This document shows positions 1-12,384 of a stretch of DNA of 52,385 bases, piece after piece. The notes under the pieces were generated by a model. It was not told the origin of the DNA, searched no databases, and saw nothing but the letters and a program-made list of their open reading frames with translations. The first letter of the stretch is position 1; each line of letters opens with the position of its first letter. The position numbers and the translations under genes were made by a program. Source of the stretch: Chara braunii (taxonomy: Eukaryota; Plantae; Charophyceae); NCBI GenBank assembly GCA_003427395.1, contig BFEA01000031.1:2534552-2586936 (forward strand), read 5' to 3'.

Positions 1-260
1 CCGTCCTGCTACAAGCTGATAGCCACAGCTGGTAGCTACAAGCTGATAGCCACAGCTGTGGTAGCTACAAGCTGATAGCCACAGCTGGTAGCTACAAGCT
101 GATAGCCACAGCTGGTAGCTACAGTTTGTCGTAGCTACTGCTGGCTGTAACTACAGCTGAGATACCCGTCCTGCTACAAGCTGATAGCCACAGCTGGTAG
201 CTACAGTTCGTCGTAGCTACACTCCTGGCTGTAACTACAGCTGGTAGCTACACCTGCTAG
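1..260. repeat. ~27-bp minisatellite (GTAGCTACAAGCTGATAGCCACAGCTG)
   Basis: Several tandem copies, decaying to the right. Confidence 0.85.
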
Positions 261-780
261 TGTACAGGGGGCACTTCACAGGCATGGCTACGGTAATGCT
301 ACAATCAGTAGCTTAGAGGAGGGAGGCACAAAGGGCAAATATTCTACATAGAATTTTACTCCTGCCTAACCTTCTGCAGCTGCCACTATATTCTCTCCTC
401 GAATACAATAAAGGACAATTTACTCGCCGACTTGCCAACCAGGCGGTCGCGGATTAACACACCGAGCCCCTGCACCTTCTATGCAAGGGAAGATGCTAAT
501 GGAACTTCGATGTGGACAAGTCGCCTCTCGTCTTCTCCCCCCCCACCCCCCCAACAGAAAGTACTCCTATGGATTATCATAAGAGCAACCAAAAATTATA
601 TTAAAAAAACAAACAACCAAAGATCCCCAACACTTGGGAATAGATAACCTTGTTCTCTATGCGAAGAAGAATTTCCTCTCCACATGAAATCGACAATGCA
701 ACTTGTGCATTTGTCTTCACCACACATGGCAATAATTCATCTCAAGATGCTGCTCAACTCCCGTATTCTCTCTCGGTTTC

Positions 781-1150
781 ACCCAGTGTACATAGTACAT
801 ACACTTCCTCGCCCTGTCCTGCCCCCATCTTAAGTATCCATTTTGTCGGTTGCAGTATTCACTGCTCCGAGCAATGAACTCCAGCCTTTGAGAGGCAATA
901 TACTCCTATATATTCCTCTTCCACATTCCTTGAGAGACTCCTACATTCCTCTCTCTTCTTTACCCAGTGTACATACACTTCCTCGCCCTGTCCTGCCCCC
1001 ATCTTAAATATCCATTTTGTCGGTTGCAGTATCTACTCCTCCAAGCAATGAGCTCCAGCATTTTGAGAGGCAATATACTCCTATATTCCTCCTCCACATT
1101 CCTTGAGAGAGACCCCTACCTTACCGACGCCTACATTCCTCTCCCACTCA
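781..1150. repeat. ~180-bp tandem duplication
   Basis: ACCCAGTGTACATA...CTTCCTCGCCCTGTCCTGCCCCCAT...CACATTCCTTGAGAGA occurs starting at 781 and at 962. Confidence 0.85.
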
Positions 1151-1880
1151 CTTCTAAAATTTCCCGCCGTTTCTCACACCAGATAGCACACGCTTGTACT
1201 ACAGGCATCTCGTACCCTCCACATCGCAGCGAAACGAACTTCTTGCATACAACAAGAAGGCAAAGAACCCATCTGAGCTGCCGCTGCTGGTCGTCCGTCT
1301 CCTATACATTCCCTTTCTAACCCTTCCCTTCTTGACCCATCAGCTTGCTGCTGCTGGTCGTCTCCTATACATTCTCTTCTTAATAGATGTTGACACATCA
1401 GCTTGGCCATCCTCGCTAAATGGAAAGCAAAATAACATAGAAATAATACCTATGAGTGTTATCAGCCGGAGTCAAATAATAGAAAGAAAATGAGCAAAGG
1501 AGTGTCTTCCATCTTGTAAGCAATCAAAATGCCTTCTTCTCTCCCCTGTTCTTTCTAATCAACTGCCATCACGCCGAGCAAATAATCGTCATATCATGAC
1601 ATTATTGCAGGAACCTCGCTCATTCAGACTGTCAATCTGATAATGGTTCCAAGCGGCATGGCATCACTCACGCTTCACCCTTCCCTGCTACTCAGGGTAG
1701 GCAGTGCATTCCTCCATCTGGGGTGATGACAACAGAAAAAGTTCTGATGAAATTGTCATCCTTCCCACTCAATAATGAGAAAAATAATAAAGATTCGCAT
1801 TGAATAAGAACGGCGCTGTGCAAGGAGCCACTCACTCAGAGTGTCAATCTGATACAGGTTCCTTGGACATGATATACTGC

Positions 1881-1987
1881 TATCGTCTTCACCCGAACGG
1901 AATGCCCGGCCATTATCGCTGCATCTGGACTGAAACTTGTGCGAAATACAGCTATTATGACCGGGTGTTCTCCGGGTGAAGATGGCA
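1881..1987. mobile_element. ~110-bp palindromic MITE, family A (TA-CCGT termini, Tc1/mariner-pogo-like)
   Basis: TATCGTCTTCACCCGAACGGAATGCCCGGCCATTAT is inverted against ATTATGACCGGGTGTTCTCCGGGTGAAGATGGCA; homologous to the copies at 15560 and 42954. Confidence 0.7.
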
Positions 1988-3273
1988 GTTGAGGAGGATG
2001 TGCAATCCCCCACCTCTGTCGCTCAGGATGCATGCATAGCACTCTGATGCCAATGGAAATGGACAAACTTTCACCCGCCTTCAGTTTTTTGCCCCTCATT
2101 GCCCTCTTGAAGCGATCGACCTGGAAAATAACCGGCCAATGTTCTGTCCTCTGCCTCCCTGCTTGGCAGGATGCGCAGCACCATTGTGCCACTGGACAAT
2201 GCAGAGCATTTCCACTTCGGCCCCCATGTCCATCGCAATGACAATGAACAATGAACCATTCTGCACAGGTTGTGCAGCGCATTTTCTTCCATCTCGTGCG
2301 CATGGCAATGAACTACGATTTCACCCTTCTCTTTAGCCCTCATGGCCATGGCAAGGAGAAACGGTTTCAGCCTTCCCTTCGCCGCGCATGTCCCTCGTGA
2401 ATCCCTCTCGCTAATGCTTTTGACCTCTGCCCGCATCTTCCTACCTTTCTGTCCCTCGCCAACGGTTCCACCCAAAGCATCTCTGCTTTACTACCCTCCG
2501 TTTCCGTCCTCCTTCATCTGCTAAACTAGTTCTTTCGAAATGCGAGCTCAACAACAGTTCCTTGAAAAGATGATCAGCCGCGCTTCGCTCCACACCTTAG
2601 CTCTGAATGAGTATAATACAGCTCCATCTATCTACCGTGGTCAACGACGATGGAGCAGTGTTCTGACCTCTGCCAGTCTGTCCATCTTTCTCTCCTTCTC
2701 CCTCCTCCCCCTCCCATGCTCTCTACTCTTTCACTGTACACCAGAAGAACTGGCAAAGTTCTAAGCACCTCACCCCATTGGTTGCCATAACCTGACACCA
2801 CCACCAAGAGCACATCAGTAGTGGCTGAGGTTTCTTTGGCACACAATTGATAAGCTGCGGCACTATGGCTGAGCCTCAAGATAAGTGCAATGTTTTCGAG
2901 AAATTTCCTCCGTTCTCTCTCACTAGGGGAGGGTGCAACCGCACAGGCACTAGGAGCACAGCGAAAATTGCCTCTGACATAAGCCATCGACTTTGATGAT
3001 GTCGTTAGGACACATACATACTGTGGCGAGGATGAGGGGCTAGCCAGCCACCTTGCCAGCCAAACAGCAAGCATGTGTGTGCACTGGGCCTGCCCAGTGC
3101 ACATAAGTTAAGAAACGTAAACCACCACTACCTTTCCCATACATCAGCCTCGGGGAAAAACAAGGGCAGAAGCTTTTCTAGTGCGATGAATTTCGGCGCT
3201 CCTGGAGCGACCCGTTCGTTCATCGTTTCCGTGGCTTGTTAACCGCTGCAACGTCCAGAGGCACTTGTGTGGT

Positions 3274-3398
3274 TTAAACCGCCAGTACCTCCTGCATTTT
3301 CCGTACCCCCCGGACTTGAATGAATGTGGACCGGAGGGGCAGGCCGATTCGGCTTCTGCGTTAACAGCTGGCCCAACCGGTAGGTACTGGTGGTTTAA
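3274..3398. mobile_element. TTAA-flanked inverted-repeat element abutting the CSLD stop codon
   Basis: TTAA-ACCGCCAGTACCT ... AGGTACTGGTGGT-TTAA (12/13 match); related sequence at ~44580-44644. Confidence 0.55.
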
Positions 3399-5077
3399 GC
3401 TACAATACGCACCCACAGGAGTGACAGTATAATGGCCAGCAGTATAGACCAAACAATAACTATAGTCGGAGTCTTGTTGTTCTTACCCATCAGACCCTTG
3501 GCAAAAGGATAAAGGTGTGAAAGCACCCAGAAGGCAAAGAAGACCATGCCCAGTAACCGCCCCCAGTTCTGCTCCTGAGGACTCTTATACATCTCCCTTG
3601 AGAGGCCGGCGAAACAGGCAACGATGTTGATGGTCATGATGGCCGTGGGAGGGACCATGAGCCACGTCCACCGGAATGCATACAGCTCAGCATAGGGATT
3701 ATCCTCATCGTCATTCCCTTTCTGCGTCAAGGTAAAGGAGGTGTCCACTCCTGCCAAGACCTTGAGGACTCCTTGAATGACGGCCGCAAGGTGGGCACTT
3801 GTTCCGCCTATAACCCAGAACTGCTCATTTCTCCACCAATCCTCAATAGCAACCCCACTCCACCGGATCTCCAATATCGAAGTCGTAAAGATGGACACAA
3901 AGAGCATCAGGAACCACAGCACTGCCAGTCCGTCTATCGTATTGACGATGAACTGGTTGGTGAAAAGGCAAATCGCAGGCAGAAAGCAGTACACAAGCAA
4001 GGCTATGGAAGTGAACGGGTACACAGCGGTGTTGATGTAGGCTACCCGCTGAAGCAACATTAACTGCTTGAAGTAGTGTCTGGTGATCGGGTTGTGTTTG
4101 GAGAAGAAAATCTCCACGGAGCCCGTCGCCCAGCGCAGAACTTGCCCGAGACGGTCCGTCAGATTGATTGGCGCTGAGCCCTTGAATGCCGCACGCTTAG
4201 GCATGCAATAAACAGAATGCCAGCCATTAATATGCATCATGAGCCCCGTGACGATGTCTTCGGTGACGGATCCATACATCCATCCAACAGAACGACCCCA
4301 CTCCGTGTCATCCTCGTACCCGCAGGATATGACAAGGATTACATCACTAAGTACTTGATAGGGATCAACATCAGGGACCCCGCCTTCGGCATCGACGACA
4401 GTTGCCACAAAGTTTGGACACATGCCAAAGCGAGAAGCATGCCATTGCGTGGGGACGAGTTGCTGCTCCTCATCCTGCCTGTCTCCCGGTATAACTGCCG
4501 TTAAGAGCCGTTTTGCTTCTTGGCGCTTTGTGGTTTGCTGACCGCGGCTTCCTCCCAAGCAGCAGCAGCTGCAGAGGGTGCCACAGCAACGTCCACCGCC
4601 ACCCGTCTCTGCCTCATCCCCTTCCACCTTTGCTCCTGCTGCAGCTGCAGCTTCCAGAGTTGCTCGCTCCGGGGGACAGAAGCCGTATAGTGCCTGCCTG
4701 CGAAAAACACACCCTGTGCCCACGTACATCGGGCCCTGCAAACCATCTAAAGCTTTCATATTGATATCGAAGAATACGGCGTTATGATTAGCATACCTGT
4801 CATTCCGGTCCACTCCGTCAAACCGTTGTGGAAACTGCACATAGCACACCTGGTTTCCATTCTTGAAGTCCATCAAAAAGCACATTGCCTCCCTGATTGC
4901 TCTCGCGTTATGCACATAGTGATCGCAGTCTAAGTTCAAAATGAATGGACCGTTGGTGATCAGAGCGCTAGACCGCATCAGCGCATTCATGGCCCCGGCC
5001 TTCTTGTTGTGATCGTACCCAGGCCTTTTCTCTCTGGAAACATAAACAAGCCTTGGCATTGGTTCCCCATTGATATC
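3395..5077 (-). CDS. CSLD: Cellulose synthase-like D, coding exon 2 (560 codons + stop)
   Basis: Acceptor TCTCTCTCCCTTTGCAG|GAT at 5078/5077, in frame with exon 1. Contains [69 protein letters not shown] and C-terminal TM helices; TAA stop at 3395-3397. The D,D,D,QxxRW motifs are intact. Confidence 0.95.
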   Translation of the reverse strand, partial: DINGEPMPRLVYVSREKRPGYDHNKKAGAMNALMRSSALITNGPFILNLDCDHYVHNARAIREAMCFLMDFKNGNQVCYVQFPQRFDGVDRNDRYANHNAVFFDINMKALDGLQGPMYVGTGCVFRRQALYGFCPPERATLEAAAAAGAKVEGDEAETGGGGRCCGTLCSCCCLGGSRGQQTTKRQEAKRLLTAVIPGDRQDEEQQLVPTQWHASRFGMCPNFVATVVDAEGGVPDVDPYQVLSDVILVISCGYEDDTEWGRSVGWMYGSVTEDIVTGLMMHINGWHSVYCMPKRAAFKGSAPINLTDRLGQVLRWATGSVEIFFSKHNPITRHYFKQLMLLQRVAYINTAVYPFTSIALLVYCFLPAICLFTNQFIVNTIDGLAVLWFLMLFVSIFTTSILEIRWSGVAIEDWWRNEQFWVIGGTSAHLAAVIQGVLKVLAGVDTSFTLTQKGNDDEDNPYAELYAFRWTWLMVPPTAIMTINIVACFAGLSREMYKSPQEQNWGRLLGMVFFAFWVLSHLYPFAKGLMGKNNKTPTIVIVWSILLAIILSLLWVRIVA

Positions 5078-5736
5078 CTGCAAAGGGAGAGAGAGAAACC
5101 AAGGCAACAACGAGTGATTGAGTTCCATTGCACACCAGCCAAACCTCCTAAGAAGGATACAAGTGCAGTAGGCGAGTGTAGTAGCAACTTGCAAGGGTGG
5201 CTGGGGACCAGTTCGAATAGCAGAAGGCAGAAGCGAGGCAGCTCAAGAGAGAAGGAACGAGTTAACAATTCGGTAGAGAGAAAAGAGAGACGGCGTGGGC
5301 TCTCTCGACTGAGCAGAGTTTTTTTTTTACTGCATGCACACGTGGTCACACACAAGAAGGACATGGCATGGCCCAATCCTGAAACACGCACATGTTGCTT
5401 TCCGTTTGATTAAACTAGCAAGGACTACACCTCGCCATCCATGGACAATTACGGCCTTGCATTTTTTTTGCAAATGCAGCACAGAGTAGCATCTTGTGGC
5501 CAGAAGCTTTACCTATCTCCACCAAATCAATAAATTCAATCCCTGTGCTGCACGAGATCGACCTAGTGAAACTGTTTCCGTAAGGTGGGCACAAAGCAAC
5601 AACAAAGAGATAATAAACAAAGCAATAACAAAGAGATAATAAGTTAACAACCCCTCATTATCGTCCTTTTTTTGTTTTTGAAGGGGGGTAGCCCCTAAGA
5701 GGTTCGTACATTATTGTGCCGATTCGATTCAATGAT

Positions 5737-5795
5737 GATTTGAACTCGTGATCTTTTTACCAACAGTTAGTTACAGATTCGTACCATTCAGCCCA
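5737..5795 (-). mobile_element. Degenerate tRNA-like SINE head in the CSLD intron
   Basis: The minus strand reads GGGCTGAATGGTAC...AACTGTTG...GAGTTCAAATC. Confidence 0.4.
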
Positions 5796-7558
5796 ATGCG
5801 ATGGATTGATAAGTTGATACCTATTATACCCTCTCCTTTACGGGTTAAAACTTAAAAGACAAAGAATTGAATGATGACAAAGCTCGAGGAAAGGCCGTTC
5901 AACTGTCGTTTCGAGAAAAACGATAAAAAAGGGAAAAAAAAGGGAATAGTATAGACAAGACGGTTAAAAAAAAGAATGTCGGCTGTTCCAGCAAGAGAGC
6001 ATATTCCCTATTGGAGGAAATGCCAGAGTTTCCTTTCCTGAGGCCCACCAATACATGGAGCCTCCCTCCTGGTGTTAGTGGTGTCTACACTTATCAGCAG
6101 CACTAACACTGGCGGGGGCATTTTCTCTCAAAAAAAAAAAGAAAAAAAAAAGAGGCCCTACAATACAATGTCTGACTAGTACCTGGTCTTGGCAATGGCT
6201 AGCAGTCAAACAGAATAAAACACCAAAGCAAGTGGATGAGCTCATCGAAAGCGGATGCATTCATTACCTGAGGCATATTATTTTATTATTAAATTTATTA
6301 TGGTAAGCTAAAAATGAGCAAGAGGAGCTATTTGACTGTTTCCTCCCTAGGAAACATGTCCTAATCGTCCCTAATGGATATAAGGAGAGAGAGCCGTGAA
6401 TGTCCAGCTAGTCTAGGGATCACCAGCAAACAGCGTCAGAAAAAAAAATAAAAATCGTTGCACAAAAATATACATGCCTCAAAATAATGCCGGAGTTTCC
6501 TTTGATAAGAGCATGCTCACACTGCGACTTCAGCGGACGTATCTGACCACTTTTGTGGCCCATCTTGGACGTATCTGACTCCAATTGCGTCCAGAGATAA
6601 GTTGAAAAAAAAGATAAAGCCCCAGTGTGAGTACGTCCTCAGAATGCCAGCTGCATTCGTGTCGATCCAGAACTTCTGGAGAGAGGTATACATGAACACC
6701 TGTTCTTTTAACGTCTTTTTGCTGTCCTTTTTTTTTCTTTCTGACTCCCCTTAGCTCATGAACACCTGTTCTTTTAACTTCTTTTTGCTGTCTTTTTTTT
6801 TTCTGACTCCCCTTAGCTCACTATGGGAAAAATATGGACCCCAGGGGTGGTCCTTCAGCCAGGGTAGCGGTCCTGTTTTGGCCAGCTTCTACTTCTGGAC
6901 TTTTTCTGGTCCACCACCTAAACCCATACTGGGTAATGGTCCCAGCTTTTTCCGGGTTGTTTGTCGAGGGATTCCCGGCCTCGGTTTTTGTTGAAATAAA
7001 AGAGACATCTTTTGTGTTAAAAAAAAAAAAATTAAAAAAAAATGGACCCCTGTTCTGTGGCGATGAATCGGAAAATGGAGAGAAGAATATATTCTGAACA
7101 CCTGTTCTGTGGGCCCACCAAGCCCCCCTGTGGTCAGAATACCAGGTAGGTTCATGGCAGTCTGAAACTGGAGAAGACAGGTGTACAAGGAACACCTGTT
7201 CCATGCAGTGCAGGTTGACCACATGCATCAATACGTGGATAAGCTCCCCCAAAACAGCAGAGTCACTTCGGGCGAAGTGGCAGCAAAGCGAAGAACAACC
7301 CCCGCCAGGTGATGCATTCAAGGATTAAAACAATCTTTTGCGAGTGGGAGGGAAGCAGGGGTGGAGGGGAAGGAAGAGGGGGAGGGGCACACTGCACTGT
7401 GATAAGTAGCGAGAAGTAGGATGGCAGCAGCACAAGACTGTGGTTGAGACTGTTGACAGAAGAGTGCGAAGAGGAAGAGAGCTGGGTGCAAAAGGGCATA
7501 AGCTTTCCATGATCTGGAAGCATTCCACTTTCACCCCCTCAAGAATAGTGCTAAGTAG

Positions 7559-7598
<40 letters not shown>

Positions 7599-7600
7599 TC

Positions 7601-7648
7601 AATATCCTGATGAGTCGGTAAAACTCCGATGAAACAGTTTGTCATAGC
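7601..7648 (+). ncRNA. Degenerate minimal (type I) hammerhead ribozyme motif
   Basis: CTGATGA-GTCGG-TAAAACT-CCGAT-GAAACA-GTT-TGTC gives both core boxes, a 5-bp stem II, a short stem III and a GUC triplet. Stem I pairs poorly. Confidence 0.5.
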
Positions 7649-8420
7649 CCCTCGTTTGTGGTCCGCTTCTCCCTCTTGTCCCTCTCTGCCTACGGCTTAC
7701 CGGGCAGCTCTGTTTGACGATATATATATGTTATATATATATATCGTCAAATAGAACTGCCCGGTAAACCGTATATATATAAAATATATATGCAAATAAA
7801 GTGTCCAAAGATGCACTAAGGCTGACTGTGCTGATAAAGATAGAAAAAGCAAGCTTGTCACAAGATGAGTCATGCGAAGGTTTAGTTTATCAACGTTGAA
7901 GTTATCACAGTCTACACATGCAATTGTGAACGTTCAATCCAAATGTCCGTTTGTGAATGGATGTCGTGGCGACAGACTACCTGAGGAGATAGTCATTTTT
8001 GAAATATGTTGACTGAACATGGCTACGATTATGGATACACCTGCCCGCAATTATGGTCAGATACATAGTACAGGCCCTATGGTCAGATAGGTAGTGCAGG
8101 CGCTATGGTCAGATACATAGTACAGGCCGTATGCTACAAGTGTGACTGTGCAGTACCATAGTACAGGCCCGTATGGTACAAGTGTGACTGTGCGGTACTG
8201 CTGCTACACGTCATCTGCAAAAAACAAAAAAAACAAAGAAAAAGAAAAAGGAAACAAACGAGCTGCCAAAAACGGAGAGTATGAATCGTTCACTTAGAGC
8301 ATGCGGTAGGGCCCTCTCTACTCACCACGACAAGCTCAATAAAAAACAAGGAATAATAAACAAACGGAGATTTTATTTTCGAATTTTTCGTCCAATAAAA
8401 CGCAGAGCAATAAACAGCCG

Positions 8421-8519
8421 GGGGCCAAGTCCCACTTACCCGAATTCTCAATTTCCGACCATAGATTAGGAAGATCAACGGCCAAGAATGAACGATCAGC
8501 GTAAGTGGGACTTGGCCCC
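8421..8519. mobile_element. ~100-bp MITE, family B (TIR GGGGCCAAGTCCCACTTAC)
   Basis: Perfect 19-bp terminal inverted repeat; the interior (GACCATAGAT...AAGATCAACG) is shared with the copy at 52194. Confidence 0.78.
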
Positions 8520-9385
8520 GCGGCATGTCGTGGCTCTCCAACTTCACCATGGTCAATCTTCTTTTTTTCCTTTTTTTCCTTTTTTTCCTTTTTTTCCTTT
8601 TTTTCTTTTTTTCCTTTTTTTCCTTTTTTCACATTAAAAAGGGGGAGGCCGGGAATTTCTCAACAAACAACCACCCCGAAAACAAAGTACTGGGACAATT
8701 ACCCAGCTTAGGTGCAGGGCTTGGGTTCCGTCAATTTAGGCTGCTGCCCTGACAGGCCCAAACCTGGGAAATAAAAAGTCCAACCTGGCTGCGAAAATCC
8801 AAACAGGCCGTAAAAAGTGGTCAAGGTTTGTTGAGAAGTGGACTCGGCGTTACTCTAAATAAAGCTGGTGATAAACTACGTAAGTGATACTTACTACTGG
8901 TTTCCAAAAGACAAAAAAAGGAGGACCCACACAGTCCTAATCCAACGGTCAATTGCATCCTGGGCAGACTGTCGGTTAGGTTCAACCTCCTGACGAGTCG
9001 GTGAAAGTCCAACAAAACAGTCTGTTCGGCACACTGGCACAGTCATGCTTTTTTTTTTTTTTTTTTTTTCTGTTGTGGAGTCGTGTATAGTGGGCACGAC
9101 AACACACATGCACAACCAGAAGGAGACGAGATGAAGTTGGAAGTTGGTGAGTGCTGCCTTTGCCTGGAGATAGCGAGCATATGGTCGAAGGTTCAGCCTC
9201 TCCATTGAAGAAGGAAACCACCCCTTGTGTGTGATTCACAGAGCCCCATGGGATAGCGAGTTGGTTCTCTTTGAGGGTTCGGTTGTACTTGAAGTCACAG
9301 CTGTTGTAGATATAACACCAGGGCTCAGCGACCTCTTAGAGTAGTATTTCCCAGTCATGCATTCTTCTTCTTTTTTTTAATAAAT

Positions 9386-9487
9386 AATTTGGACCATTTC
9401 TCGATTTCTGCGTGTCATCCTTGCGCAGGGGCCATGCTAATCTTCCTTCTCTGTATCGTTCCAATTTTAACGGATGTCCCGAAGGAC
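9386..9487 (-). pseudogene. U6: Near full-length U6 snRNA variant with a 4-nt insertion after the ACAGAGA box, inside the CSLD intron (sense to the host gene)
   Basis: The reverse complement reads GTCCTTCGGGACATCCGTTAAAATTGGAACGATACAGAGAAGGAAGATTAGCATGGCCCCTGCGCAAGGATGACACGCAGAAATCGAGAAATGGTCCAAATT, with T14 upstream and an A-rich tract downstream on the U6 strand. Confidence 0.88.
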
Positions 9488-10130
9488 ATTGACAAAAAAA
9501 AAAAAAACACAAAGGAAAACAAAGAACGCTTGATCTCAAGCATCCCTTACAGCAGCATTTCCCAGTGGTCCTAGCACTGAGATGGAGACGGAAAAAAGCC
9601 TCAACCTAGACGTGCGGTGGCTGAGGAAGCACAAGCAACTGTGCTGATGTGCACTTGAGGGAACAAGCAACAAAGTGCAAGAAGGCAGGGAGGAGCACTA
9701 CAAAGCGTATAGAGTACAGGCCATGAGACCAACGCATTGGCAGAGCGATTGAGGGTCCGTCCAGAGAAGGTCGGCGTGAAGCAACATGCAAGAACAGACT
9801 ACACTGCCACATTCAATCCGTTCGGAAAGTGATTTAGCAGTTAGTGTCCATCTGAAGGCACTTCCTTACCTAGATCGTAGTATACTGGTACTTCAATTCC
9901 GTTGGGGGAGTTGGTAGTGGTGTTCGTCCCAAAGGCACTTGGTGTTTTTTTTTTTTTTTTCTCTAATTTCCAAAAGGCACTTGGTAATTACCTCTGTTTG
10001 TCCGTTTTTTTTTGTTTTTGTTTTAAGACTTACTGGATTTCATCATCTAGTTCCATCTGGAGTCGAACGCAGGCCTTTATTTCAACAGTCCATGTGTGTA
10101 CCGACTGAGCTAGGCTTGTTGGTTACTTAC

Positions 10131-12113
10131 CTTTGTATCTCCATCGGGCTGAAGGAAGACCTGAATCATCCCCACATGGTCATTTCTGACATTTCCAGGC
10201 CACGGTGAGCCGTCCGCCATTTTCCATCCATCGGGGGGCACATTCTTCGACTTCTCTACAAGCGCATTGATCCTGACCTTGAACTCGTCATAGGCACGCT
10301 TCATGTGTCTTCTTTCCTTGATGAAATCTGGCTGCGTCTTCCCCTTCGTGTAATCTATTTTCTGTTGAAAGTACACCTCTGGCGCTCTCGGCTCTATGTC
10401 ATACTTCTTACAGAATGGAACCCAGGCTCGCGCAAAGCTTGCTGTCTCTGTCAGCGTCTCAAATGTCAGCATGGCCGCACCATCGTCTGACAGGTAACAG
10501 GCAAGCTTGTCCACAGGGTAATCCATGGCCAGAACGGAGAGGACCACATTGGCCGTCACCAAAGGAGGCTCCTTTTCAGGGTCCGCTGTCGATACGAAGA
10601 CATCTACAGGTAGCAGCTTGTTTGGTTCCCCCTCTTTCTCATACTTCAGACTTAGCCGGTCCAGGTACGTCTCTCGAGTGATCGGCGACCATTTTGGAAC
10701 CTGGTCCAGCACCCAGCTGATCCCAAACCAGATTTCGCACGATACGGATGCCAACCAGAGAACATAGGCATCCGGGTTGGGAGTCTGAATCCGGTAGTGG
10801 AGGAAGAAGGCAAGGGTGATGAAGCGCACAACAACCATGAACCTGTACGGATTGATGAGAGCGGCAGCGACGGGGATGACTCTGGACAACGGTCGTTTGG
10901 TGTCGTCAACAAGAATGGGCTTTTGATGACAATGCTTTCCGGCCGCCTCGGCTGCATGAGCATCACCACCACCACCATCACCACCTCCCCCACCACCACC
11001 TTTGCCGCCTTTCGCAGACTCTATCCAGTGAATGCTGCCATAACCATAGTCAAGCATGGTTTTATTAGGATCTAGCGTCTGAAAGGAGAGGAGGACTTTG
11101 GCAAGAGAGTCCGGCATCAATGGGGAAGCACTTATACTCAGCGGAACAACAGTCATATCACCACGTAGAGCAGACTCTTCCTCCTGCCCTTCCTCCCGTT
11201 GTCCCTGTCCCACTTCTTCTCCCTCCTCCTCTTCTTCCTCCTCTTCCTGCTCATTGGAAGCACAAAGTTTACGGTGACGTGGGGCTGTTGATCTCCCTAT
11301 GGCTCCCAGTGACTTCAACGACTCTGGTTCTGAAACATATGCATCTTGTACGTTAGAGCTGATAGAGACAGGGCTGCCAACCTGCAACGGTCTCCGGAGA
11401 CCGCTGGCAGTCTGTGTCCGCTTTTCATTGGCTCCACTGACGTTGTTGTCCTCACCAGCCAAGGAAGAGGAGTAAGTTTGGTGTCCATCTCCCATACCAC
11501 CACCCCTACCAACACAACGACCTGCTCTCTGTGGCTTCAACTTTCTGTATGGCTCCTGGCACTGGGGGCAGCGCCCACCCTCATGCTCTCGAACGTACTC
11601 ATAACAAGGCTTGCAGATGATAAAAGCACACTCGCAAGGGACAAACGGCTCCCCTTCCTCGTCTCTCCCAACACGTTCCCTACAGATAGAACATTTCACC
11701 TCCTTCCGTTCGCAACTTAGCCCTCCGCCGCCGCCGTACAGGCTCTCGTCGGCGCCCGGCGACTCGGCCACCGCCAACTGGTTCTTACTGCGACTGCCCA
11801 GGACGATCATGTTCTCCATACTAAGAGCTCGCAAGTGAGCACCATCCTCATCGCCATCGCCATCGCCATCAAAGCTCTCACCGAGGGAGGATGAAGATTG
11901 GGTGGTCACATGGCATGCCCTCCATCGACTAAATTCCCTGCTGCTTGGACCCTCCATGCTCATGTCTGGTGATTCAAAGGGGGCACCACCAGAACAAGGA
12001 GATGCTCCCATAGACAGAGCCTTCTTGGACTGTTTCTCCCTCTTTACAGCTCGCGGGGTGCTGTCCATTGTCCACCCTGGAGGAAGTGGCAATGGATTCT
12101 CTTCACTCATCAT
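10131..12113 (-). CDS. CSLD: Cellulose synthase-like D (CSLD/CESA superfamily, GT2), coding exon 1 (661 codons)
   Basis: The ORF has an N-terminal RING-type Zn finger (CSIC...[12 protein letters not shown]...CPQC), [13 protein letters not shown]...INPYR, TM1-2, [25 protein letters not shown] and the P-CR ([21 protein letters not shown]). It ends at a canonical donor AAG|GTAAGT at 10131/10130. The first ATG is at 12113, just after a polypyrimidine-CAG acceptor at 12122. Confidence 0.93.
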
Positions 12114-12384
12114 TACACACGCTGGATAAAAGAAAGAAAGCCACAAAGGAAAAGACACAGTCGGTGCATTAAAACAAAGTTCTAAGTTTTTAATCCTATG
12201 CCTTGACAGTTCCGCATAAGTTTTTAGAAGCTGTCCATGGGGAATAAGTCTTCCAAAAAAAAACAAGGAAAAGTCAGTGCTTTACTGGTTGGGTGAGGTG
12301 GGTAAGAGGGGGAACAACAAAAAAACAGTTATGTTTTTACAAGCAGCACGAACACTACACTGCCTACCAGTGGCAACACCAACA

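Larger units (their letters stand above)
5078..10130 (-). other. Single coding-region spliceosomal intron of the CSLD gene (5053 nt, phase 0), filled with repeats
   Basis: GTAAGT donor and pyrimidine-rich TGCAG acceptor. Splicing gives ...[11 protein letters not shown]|[17 protein letters not shown]..., colinear with the CESA/CSLD consensus. Confidence 0.92.

Noticed and set aside
5078-5194. N-terminal 39 aa of the 599-aa ORF (MQVATTL...LPLQ)
   Set aside because: This is intronic read-through upstream of the CAG acceptor; homology begins at DINGEP.
8429-8437. GTCCCACTT as a plant snRNA USE (RTCCCACATCG)
   Set aside because: It is part of a MITE terminal repeat and is not positioned upstream of any U6 copy.
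12114-12266. N-terminal extension of the 718-aa ORF
   Set aside because: It starts at a non-ATG codon and spans a polypyrimidine/acceptor tract, so it is likely intron or UTR.
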